Shown: in pieces, positions 50,629 through 62,600 of the stretch | Numbering within the stretch: the stretch's first letter is position 1 | Layout: every line of letters starts with the position of its first letter | IMG/VR virus record: IMGVR_UViG_3300042868_009047 | Origin: a virus | Lineage: Duplodnaviria > Caudoviricetes | DNA: 64,000 nt | Strand: one strand, 5' to 3' | Translations under genes and position numbers: made by a program | Notes under the pieces: model-generated | Database searches by the model: none | The model's input: the letters and a program-made list of their open reading frames with translations, nothing else | Told to the model about the DNA's origin: nothing

Positions 50629-53600
50629 TTATTTTTTTAAATCTTGGATTTCTTTGTCAAGATCTTTTATTGCTTCAATAAGTAGACCAACCAAGTTTGA
50701 GTAAGCTACCCCTAAGTATCCGTCAGATTCTCTTGTTGATATAACCTCTGGGATAACTTTTTGAACTTCTTGTGCAATAACACCCATTTTCAATGATTTG
50801 TCCTCAACGTCATTTCTCGTATAGTTAACACCTCTCATACTTCTAACTTTATTCAAAGCATCGCTAATTGTAACAACATTATCCTTAACTCTTTCATCTG
50901 AGAATGCAATAACATCAGCAGAAGCGTAGATAGTACCACTAACATCCAATGTATATGATGGTGAGGCATTGTTAATACCAAGTCTGTTACTAGTTGTATC
51001 AACTTTCAAGAAGCTTACACTTTGTACTTGTGTTGCACTTGTTGTTCTAACCAAGTAGTCAGGTTGGTTTGTGAATGAACCACCACTGATACCAGATGTA
51101 CCATTAATAGATTGACCACTTGTTCCAGCAACACCTGTAGTACCATTTGTACCGTTAGCGCCTGATAAACCACCTGCACCGTTGTTACCATTGTTACCAG
51201 CTGCACCATTTGTACCGTTAGAACCATTTACACCTGATAAACCACCTGCACCGTTGTTACCGTTGTTACCAGCTGCACCATTTGTACCGTTAGAACCATT
51301 TACACCTGATAAACCACCTGCACCGTTGTTACCATTGTTACCAGCAACACCTGAAGTACCGTTTGCACCGTTGTTACCGTTGTTACCAGCTGCACCATTT
51401 GTACCATTTGAGCCGTTAACACCCGAAACACCACTATTACCATTACCACCGTTAAGACCATTAGCACCACCAGTACCTGTAGAACCATTAGTTCCACTTA
51501 CACCTGAGACACCACCAAGACCAACACCACCATTGTTACCGTTAGTACCGTTTGAACCATTTGAACCTGATAGACCTGATAAACCAGAGTTACCATTGTT
51601 ACCGTTGTTACCTGAAGTTCCGTTAGTACCAGTTGAACCTGAAGAACCAGAAAGTTGACTTATACCTGAAGGAACAGGTAAACCGTTTGTACCACCAGTG
51701 CCCGATGAACCTGAAGAACCACTCACCGCTGAATTACCATTACCACCAGCATTACCATTATTACCAGTTGTACCATTTGTACCTGTTGATCCTGATAGGC
51801 CTGAATTACCACTGTTACCATTAGCACCGTTGTTACCATTTGTACCAGCAGTTCCGTTAGAACCTGAAATACCACTTAAACCACTTACACCATTTCCACC
51901 ACTAGCACCTGATGTACCAGCTGTTCCGTTAGAACCTGATAGACCAGAATTACCTGAGTTACCGTTAGCACCATTATTACCGTTTGTACCATTTGTACCA
52001 GTCGATCCTGAAGAACCGCTCAATCTTGATAAACCAATAGCACCAGCATTACCTGTAGTACCGCTTGTACCTGTAGATCCAGAAGAACCAGATAAACCAC
52101 TTACACCATTTCCAGCACTAGCACCTGATGTACCAGCTGTTCCGTTAGAACCTGAAATACCACTTAAACCACTTACACCATTAGCACCATTGTTACCGTT
52201 AGTACCGTTTGATCCATTGGTCCCACTTAATCCAGAGTTACCTGAGTTACCGCTGTTACCATTGTTACCTGAAGTTCCGTTAGTACCAGTTGAACCTGAA
52301 GAACCACTCAATCTTGATAAACCAATAGTACCAGCATTACCTGAAGTACCATTTGTACCTGAAGATCCTGAAGAACCAGAAAGTTGACTTATACCTGAAG
52401 GAACAGGTAAACCGTTTGTACCACCAGTGCCCGATGAACCTGAAGAACCACTCACCGCTGAATTACCATTACCACCAGCATTACCTGTAGTACCTGTAGA
52501 ACCTGTTGACCCTGAAGTACCTGATAGGCCTGAATTACCGTTTCCACCAGCATTACCATTTGTACCATTTGAACCATTTGAACCTGATAAACCTGATAAA
52601 CCACTAACACCATTTCCACCACTAGCACCTGATGTACCAGCTGTTCCGTTAGAACCCGATAAACCAGATAAACCACTTACACCATTAGCACCATTGTTAC
52701 CATTTGTACCTGTAGATCCATTTGTTCCACTTAATCCAGAGTTACCGCTGTTACCGTTGTTACCTGTAGTTCCGTTAGTACCAGTTGATCCTGAAGATCC
52801 ACTATTAGCTGAAGCACCGATGTTACCAGCATTACCATTTGTACCGTTTGTACCTGTTGATCCTGAAGAACCAGAAAGTTGACTTATACCTGAAGGAACA
52901 GGTAAACCGTTTGTACCAGCAGTACCAGTCGAACCAGAGGTACCACTCACCGCTGAGTTACCATTAGCACCAGCATTACCTGTAGTACCATTTGTACCTG
53001 TTGATCCTGAAGAACCACTATTAGCACTTGCACCAATGTTACCAGCATTACCTGAAGTACCATTAGAACCTGAAGTTGCTGAAGAACCACTTAATCGTGA
53101 TGAACCTGAAGCACCCGCAGTACCTGAAGAACCAGAAGAACCAGAAGTTCCTGAAGAACCACCCAAACCACTATTACCAGCAGTTCCTGAAGAACCACTT
53201 GTTCCTGAAAGAGCGCTAATACCATTTAATCCAGCCACACCACCTGTACCGTTAGAACCAGTAGAACCAGATGAACCACTTAAAGCCGAAGCTCCGATGT
53301 TACCCGCATTACCCGATGTACCGTTAGAACCTGTTGAACCAGCAGAACCGCTTAAACCAGATGTTCCGCTAAATCCTGATTGACCTCTAAACCCTGTTGT
53401 TCCTGTTGTTCCTTCCGTACCTGAAGAACCTGAAGAACCAGCTAATCCTGAAGTCGCTGAAGAACCAGAAGTTCCAGAAGAACCTGACAATCCACTTAAA
53501 CCACTCGTACCATTTGTACCAGTTGATCCTGAAGACGCTGAACTACCAGAGTTAGCTGATAAACCATTACCACCGATTATACCTGTAGTACCATTTGTAC

Positions 53601-56600
53601 CAGTTGATCCTGAAGATCCACTATTAGCTGAAGCACCGATGTTACCAGCATTACCATTTGTACCGTTTGTACCAGTTGATCCTGAAGAACCTGATAGAGT
53701 ACTTATACCAGAACCAACAGCTAAACCATTTGTACCAGCAGTACCAGTTGATCCTGAAGAACCTGAAGATGCTGAAGAACCACTTAATTGTGATAAACCT
53801 GAGTTACCAGCAGTTCCGTTTGTACCAGTTGAACCTGAAGAACCAGAAGTTCCTGAAGAACCTGAGTTATTACTAGCACCATTGTTACCAACCGTACCAA
53901 TTGTACCTGAAGTTGCTGAAGTACCTGAAGTACCCGCAAAACCTGCTATTCTAGAAATACCGTCAGTACCAGCAGTACCAGTACTACCTGAACTACCTGA
54001 AGTACCACTTGATCTACTCAATGAAGACGCACCATCAGTACCATTTGTTCCAGAAGAACCAGAAGTTCCTGAAGAACCTGACGATCTACTTAAACCTGAT
54101 GTACCATTTGTACCAGTTGATCCTGAAGACGCTGAACTACCAGAGTTAGCTGATAAACCATTACCACCGATTATACCTGTAGTACCATTTGTACCAGTCG
54201 ATCCTGAAGACCCGCTTAATGCACTAGCACCTATATTTCCAGCATTACCTGAAGTACCATTAGAACCAGATGTGCCTGATGAACCTGAGTTATTACTCGC
54301 ACCATTATTACCCGCTGTACCAGTTGAACCTGAAGAACCAGCGGTTCCCGAACTTCTACTTAAACCAGACTGACCATCTGTACCATTTGTTCCTGAAGAA
54401 CCAGAAGATCCAGAAGAACCTGACAATCTTGATAAACCAGCGGTACCAGCGGTACCTGTAGAACCGCTAGATGCTGAAGAACCACTTAATTGTGATAAAC
54501 CTGAGTTACCAGCAGTTCCGTTTGTACCAGTTGACCCTGAACTACCAGATGTTCCTGAAGATCTACTTAAACTAGATTGACCATCGGTACCATTTGTTCC
54601 AGAAGAACCGCTTGTTCCAGAAGAACCAGAAGACCTACTTAAACCAGCAGTACCATTTGTTCCTGAAGAACCACTTGAACCGCTTGACGCACTTGATCCA
54701 CTATTTGAACTTAAACCTGATGTACCATTCGTACCAGTTGAACCTGAAGAACCTGAAGTTCCTGAGCTTCTACTTAAAGCAGACTGACCATCCGTACCAT
54801 TTGTTCCAGAAGAACCTGAAGTTCCTGAAGAACCTGAAGATCTACTTAAACCTGAAGTACCATTTGTTCCTGAAGAACCAGAAGAACCTGAAGAAGCAGA
54901 AGACCCAGACAATTGTGACAAACCTGAGTTACCTGCTGTACCATTTGTACCAGTTGAACCTGAAGTTGCAGAGCTACCTGAAGTTGAACTTAAACCACTA
55001 TTACCAGCATTACCTGATGTTCCATTTGTACCTGTAGAACCACTTGAACCTGAAGTTCCAGCTGAACCAGAACTTCTACTTAAACCTGATTGACCGTCTG
55101 TACCAGAAGTACCAGAGGTTCCAGCTGTTGCTGAAGATCCGCTTAATCTTGATAAACCTGATGTACCAACCGTACCATTTGTTCCTGAAGACCCCGAAGA
55201 TGCGCTAGAACCACTTAACTGAGATAAACCTGAGTTACCAGCGGTTCCGTTTGTACCAGTAGAACCTGAAGTAGCAGAGCTACCAGAAGATGCTGAAGCA
55301 CCTGATAAACCAGATGTACCGTTAGTACCAGTTGATCCTGAAGAACCAGCAGTTCCTGATGACCCAGAACTTCTACTTAATCCAGAAAGACCATCTGTAC
55401 CTGACGTACCTGTTGATCCAGAACTACCTGAAGTTCCAGAAGTATCACTTAATGCTGATTGGCCATCAGTTCCAGATGTACCTGAAGTTCCAGCTGTTGC
55501 TGAAGACCCACTTAATCTACTCGAACCGTTTGTACCAGCAGTACCAGTTGTTCCCGATGAACCTGAAGAAGCAGATGAACCACTTAATTGAGACAATCCA
55601 GAATTACCAGCTGTTCCGTTTGTTCCCGTAGAACCAGAGGTTGCTGATGAACCTGAAGATGCTGACGCACCCGATACACCCGCAGTACCGTCAGTACCTT
55701 TAGAACCACTTGAACCAGATGTTCCTGAAGTTCCTGATGTAACAGATATACCACTATTTGCGGCAACACCTGATGTACCAACTGTACCCGAAGTAGCTGA
55801 GCTACCAGAAGTTCCAGCTGAACCACTATTATTACTTGAACCAACTGTACCATTTGTACCCGTAGAACCTGAAGAACCACTTGTGCCTGAACTTCTACTT
55901 AAAGCAGATGCTCCGTCAGTACCTGAACTACCTGTTGATCCTGAACTACCTGAAGTTCCTGAAGTATCACTTAATGCTGACTGACCATCTGTACCAGAAG
56001 TACCAGATGTACCAGATGTTGCTGAAGACCCAGACAATCTGCCTAACCCAGATGTACCAATTGTACCCGAAGTAGCTGAGCTACCAGAAGTCGCTGAAGA
56101 ACCAGAGTTAGCTGAAGCACCGTTTGTACCAACTGTTCCAGTTGATCCTGAACTACCTGAAGTACCACTTGATCTACTTAGTGATGATTGGCCATCAGTA
56201 CCATTTGTTCCAGAAGAACCAGATGTTCCAGAAGAACCTGACGATCTACTTAAACCTGAAGTACCATTTGTTCCTGAAGAACCAGAAGATGCGCTTGAAC
56301 CACTTAACTGAGATAAACCCGAGTTACCAGCTGTTCCGTTTGAGCCAGATGTACCTGATGTAGCCGAACTACCAGCTGATCCTGAAGAACCACTTAATTG
56401 TGATAAACCGTTTGTACCCGCAGTACCTGAAGTAGCAGAAGAACCTGATGTAGCTGAGCTACCACTATTCGCTGAAGCACCATTTGTACCGTTCGTACCA
56501 GTACTACCAGAAGAACCAGATGTTCCTGAAGACCTACTCAATGAAGACGCACCATCCGTACCATTTGTTCCAGAAGAACCAGAAGTTCCTGAAGAACCTG

Positions 56601-59600
56601 ACGATCTACTTAAACCGCTTGTTCCGTTTGTTCCTGAAGAACCTGAAGATGCTGAAGACCCAGACAATTGTGACAAACCTGAGTTACCAGCTGTACCACT
56701 TGAACCAGAAGTTCCTGAAGTTGCTGAAGATCCCGAAGAACCACTTAACGCTGAAGAACCAACTGTACCTGCTGAACCTGAAGTTGCTGATGTACCAGAA
56801 GTTCCTGAAGAACCACTATTTGCACTAGCACCATTTGTACCAGTGGTACCAGTTGATCCTGAACTACCACTTGTACCTGAACTTCTACTTAAAGCAGAAG
56901 CACCATCTGTACCATTTGTTCCTGAAGACCCAGAAGTTCCAGAAGAACCCGAAGATCTACTCAAACCAGAAGTACCGTTAGTACCACTTGATCCTGAAGT
57001 TGCCGAAGAACCACTTAATTGTGATAAACCTGAAGCACCCGCAGTACCGTTTGTACCTGTAGATCCGCTTGATCCTGATGTTCCAGCTGAACCAGAACTT
57101 CTACTTAAACCTGATTGACCATCAGTTCCTGAAGTACCAGTCGATCCTGAAGAACCAGATGTACCTGAAGTATCACTTAATGCTGATTGGCCATCAGTAC
57201 CTGAGGTACCCGATGTACCAGCTGTTGCTGAAGAACCTGACAATCTTGATGAACCGTTTGTACCAGCGGTACCAGTTGTTCCTGAAGAACCACTTGATGC
57301 GCTTGACCCACTTAATTGTGACAATCCCGATAAACCAGCAGTACCATTTGTACCCGTAGAACCTGAAGACGCTGAAGTACCGCTCGATCCACTATTTGCG
57401 GATTGACCACTTGTACCAGCGCTACCTGAAGATGCTGATGAACCTGATGAACCTGATGTTCCTGAAGTTGCACTTGATCCAGCACTACCTGAAGATCCGC
57501 TTAACTGAGACAATCCTGATGTACCAACCGTTCCTGATGTTGCTGAAGAGCCTGATGTAGCTGAGCTACCTGAGTTAGCTGAAGCACCTGAAGTTCCGTT
57601 AGAACCTGTAGATCCTGAAGAACCAGATGTTCCGCTTGATCTACTTAATGATGATTGGCCATCAGTTCCTGAAGTACCAGTTGAACCTGATGAACCAGAA
57701 GTTCCTGAAGTATCACTTAACGCTGATTGACCGTCCGTACCTGAAGTACCTGACGTTCCAGCTGTTGCTGAAGACCCACTTAATCTACCCAATCCTGAGG
57801 TACCATTTGTACCTGAAGTTGCGGAAGATCCTGAAGTTGCGGAAGAACCACTATTTGCTGAAGCACCTGAAGTTCCGTTAGAACCAGTCGATCCAGAAGA
57901 ACCCGATGTTGCTGAAGAACCAGCAGAACCACTTAACGCTGAAGAACCTGCTGTTCCTGAAGTCCCAGAAGAACCTGCGCTACCAGCTGAACCACTTAAC
58001 GCTGAAGAACCAACTGTACCAGACGTACCAGAAGATGCTGATGAACCTGAAGTTCCAGCAGAACCTGAAAGTTGACTTAAACCTGAAGTACCGATTGTAC
58101 CTGAAGTAGCTGAGCTACCTGAAGTAGCTGAAGAACCGCTATTTGCGCTAGCACCGTTAGTACCGTTTGTACCTGTACTACCTGAACTACCTGATGTACC
58201 AGAACTTCTACTTAATGAAGACTGACCATCTGTACCATTTGTACCTGAAGAACCCGAAGTTCCTGAAGAACCTGAAGATCTACTCAAACCTGAAGTACCA
58301 TTTGTTCCTGAAGAACCGCTAGATGCTGAAGAACCGCTTAATTGAGATAATCCTGAGTTACCAGCTGTTCCATTTGAACCGCTTGTACCAGAAGTCGCTG
58401 AAGAACCAGCAGATCCACTTGAACCACTTAATGAACTTAAACCAGATGTACCCGCAGTACCACTTGTAGCAGAGCTACCAGCTGTTGCTGAAGAACCTGA
58501 ATTAGCAGATGCTCCGTTTGTACCGTTTGTACCCGTAGAACCACTTGAACCAGATGTACCAGAACTTCTACTTAACGCTGATGCACCATCCGTACCCGCT
58601 GATCCTGAAGAACCAGAAGAACCTGATGTACCACTTGTTGCTGAAGTACCCGCTGAGCCTGAGCTACCACTTAATTGTGATACTCCAGATGTTCCAGCTG
58701 TTCCTGATGTTGCGGAACTACCAGCTGTTGCTGAAGAACCACTATTTGAACTTAATCCTGACGTACCGTTTGTTCCAGTTGATCCTGAAGAACCAGCAGT
58801 TCCTGATGAACCTGAAGATCTACTCAAACCAGATTGTCCGTCAGTTCCTGAAGTTCCCGTAGAACCTGATGATCCAGAAGTTCCTGATGTATCACTTAAA
58901 GCTGACTGACCATCTGTACCAGATGTACCAGAGGTTCCAGCTGTTGCTGAAGATCCGCTTAATCTACCCAATCCTGAGGTACCCGCAGTACCACTTGTAG
59001 CTGAACTACCAGAAGTTGCTGAAGAACCTGAATTTGCACTTGCACCTGAAGTACCAGTAGAACCTGTTGAACCACTTGATGCAGATGTTCCTGAAGAACC
59101 ACTATTTGAAGATAAACCAGATGTACCGTTTGTACCAGTTGATCCTGAAGAACCACTAGAACCTGACGTACCGCTTGATTTACTTAATGCTGAAGCTCCA
59201 TCAGTACCAGATGTACCACTTGAACCTGAAGAACCAGATGTACCACTTGTTGCAGATGTTCCAGCAGAACCAGAAGAACCTGATAATTGAGACAATCCAG
59301 ATGTACCAACTGTACCTGAAGTGGCAGATGAACCAGAGGTTGCTGATGAACCGCTATTTGCTGAAGCGCCATTTGTACCGTTTGATCCAGTTGAACCACT
59401 TGAACCAGATGTTCCTGAAGATCTACTTAACGATGATTGACCATCAGTTCCTGAAGTTCCTGTTGATCCTGAAGAACCACTTGTTCCAGAAGTATCGCTT
59501 AAAGCTGATTGGCCATCTGTACCTGAAGTACCTGATGTACCAGCCGTTGCTGAAGAACCTGATAATCTACCTAAACCTGAAGTACCGTTTGTACCTGAAG

Positions 59601-62600
59601 TTGCGGAAGAACCAGATGTAGCTGAACTACCAGAGTTTGCCGATAAACCGCTTGTACCAGCTGATCCTGAAGAACCACTTGTTCCCGCTGTTGCTGAAGA
59701 ACCAGCTGAACCACTAGAACCACTTAACGCTGAAGAACCAACTGTACCTGCCGAACCTGAAGTTGCTGATGTACCGCTTGTTGCAGAAGAGCCACTATTT
59801 GAAGATAAACCAGATGTACCGTTTGTACCTGTTGATCCTGAACTTCCACTTGTACCTGAACTTCTACTTAAAGCAGATGCTCCGTCAGTACCAGCTGATC
59901 CTGAAGAACCACTTGATCCTGATGTACCTGAAGTCGCAGATGTACCAGCAGATCCAGAAGAACCTGAAAGTTGACTTAATCCTGATGTACCAATTGTACC
60001 ACTTGTTGCCGAACTACCAGAAGTTGCAGATGATCCAGAATTAGCACTTAATCCTGATGTTCCAGCTGAACCAGTACTTCCTGAAGAAGCTGATGTACCC
60101 GCTGAACCAGAAGATGCGCTTAAACCACTAGAACCTGATGTTCCTGAAGTCGCAGAAGAACCTGCGCTACCAGCAGAACCGCTTAATGCTGAACTACCTG
60201 AAGTACCAGTTGTACCGCTTGTTGCAGAACTACCAGCTGTTGCTGAAGAACCACTATTCGAACTCAACCCTGAAGTACCGTTTGTACCAGTTGAACCACT
60301 TGAACCAGAAGAACCTGAAGTTCCTGAAGATTTACTTAATGCTGATTGACCATCAGTTCCTGAAGTTCCAGTTGAACCACTTGATCCAGATGTACCAGAT
60401 GTATCACTTGTAGCAGAAACACCATCTGTACCTGAAGTACCTGATGTACCAGCTGTTGCTGAAGAACCGCTTAGTCTTGACAAACCTGAAGTACCGATTG
60501 TACCTGATGTAGCTGAAGAACCTGAAGTTGCTGATGAACCACTATTTGCGCTAACACCTGATGTACCAGCAGTACCTGTAGATCCAGAAGAACCTGAAGT
60601 TGCTGAACTACCACTTAATGCGCTAGCCCCTGAAGTTCCAGCCGAACCACTTGAACCTGAAGTTGCTGATGTTCCAGCTGAACCAGAACTTGCTGATAGA
60701 CCTGAAGACCCTGCGGTTCCTGAAGTTGCTGATGTACCAGCCGAACCTGAACTACCGCTTAATGCTGAGCTACCTGATGTACCAGTTGTACCACTTGTAG
60801 CTGAACTACCGCTTGTTGCAGATGATCCGCTATTAGCCGATAAACCTGAAGTACCATTTGTACCAGTTGATCCTGAAGATCCACTTGATCCAGATGTACC
60901 TGAAGATCTACTTAAACCTGATTGACCATCAGTTCCTGATGTACCTGTAGAACCACTTGATCCAGAAGTTCCTGAAGTATCACTTAACGCTGATTGACCG
61001 TCCGTACCTGAAGTACCTGATGTACCAGCTGTTGCTGAAGACCCACTTAATCTACCCAATCCTGAAGTACCATTTGTACCTGAAGTCGCTGATGAACCAC
61101 TTGTTGCTGAGCTACCAGAGTTTGCACTAGCACCTGAAGTACCAGCAGAACCTGTTGATCCTGAAGAACCAGAAGTCGCAGAAGAACCTGCGCTACCACT
61201 TAACGCTGAACTACCAGAAGTACCTGTTGTTCCAGAAGTAGCAGATGAACCTGCGCTCCCCGAAGATGCGCTCAATCCTGAGCTACCAGCTGTTCCTGAA
61301 GTAGCAGAGCTACCTGAAGTTGCCGAAGATCCGCTTAATTGAGATAAACCATTTGTACCAGCAGTACCAGTTGTACCAGAAGATGCTGATGTACCGCTTG
61401 AACCACTATTTGCAGCTAAACCTGAGGTACCATTTGTACCAGAAGTTGCTGATGAACCAGAAGAAGCTGAAGTTCCTGAAGAAGCAGATGCTCCTGAAGA
61501 TCCATTAGAACCTGATGAACCTGCGGTTCCTGAAGTTGCCGATGAACCAGAAGATGAACTTAATCCTGAAGACCCTGCGGTTCCAGAAGTTGCTGAAGTA
61601 CCCGCTGAACCACTCAATGCAGAACTACCAGATGTACCTGTTGTACCTGAAGTTGCTGATGAACCAGAAGTTGCTGAAGAACCCGAGTTAGCGCTTAGGC
61701 CTGACGTACCATTTGTACCAGTTGATCCTGAAGATCCGCTAGAACCAGATGTACCACTTGATTTACTCAATGCAGAAGCACCATCAGTTCCTGAAGTACC
61801 AGTCGATCCTGAAGAACCAGATGTACCTGAAGTATCACTTAAAGCAGATTGACCATCAGTACCTGAGGTACCCGATGTACCAGCTGTTGCTGAAGAACCA
61901 GACAATCTTGATAAACCTGAAGTACCATTTGTACCTGAAGTAGCAGAAGAACCAGACGATGCCGAAGTTCCTGAGGAAGCTGAAGCTCCTGAAGAACCAG
62001 CTGATCCAGCTGAACCTGATGTTCCAGCTGTTGCTGAAGAACCACTTGAAGCACTTAAACCTGAAGATCCAGCTGTTCCTGAGGTAGCCGAACTACCTGA
62101 AGTTGCTGAAGATCCGCTTAATGCACTTAAACCACTCGTACCATTTGTACCTGAAGTAGCTGAACTACCAGACGATGCTGATGTTCCTGAAGATGCCGAA
62201 GCTCCTGAAGAACCTGATGATCCCGTAGAACCTGCGGTTCCTGATGTTGCTGAACTACCAGAACTTGCACTCAACCCTGATGAACCTGCGGTTCCAGAAG
62301 TTGCTGAAGATCCTGATGTTGCTGAACTACCACTATTTGAAGATAATCCTGATGTACCGTTTGTACCTGATGTAGCTGAGCTACCTGATGTACCTGATGA
62401 ACCAGAACTATTACTATTTCCACTCGAACCTGCGGTCCCTGAAGAAGCTGAACTTCCTGAAGAACCTGATGTACCGCTAGTCGCAGATGATCCACTTGTA
62501 GCAGATGATCCCGAATTAGCAGCCAATCCTGAGGTACCATTTGTACCTGAAGTTGCTGATGAACCAGATGATGCCGAAGTTCCTGAAGAAGCTGAAGCAC

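Noticed and set aside
55380-61900. Host Bacteroidota O-glycosylation sequons D-(S/T)-(A/I/L/M/T/V) in the fibre
   Set aside because: The recurring site is D-T-S, which does not fit, and that host system acts on exported proteins.
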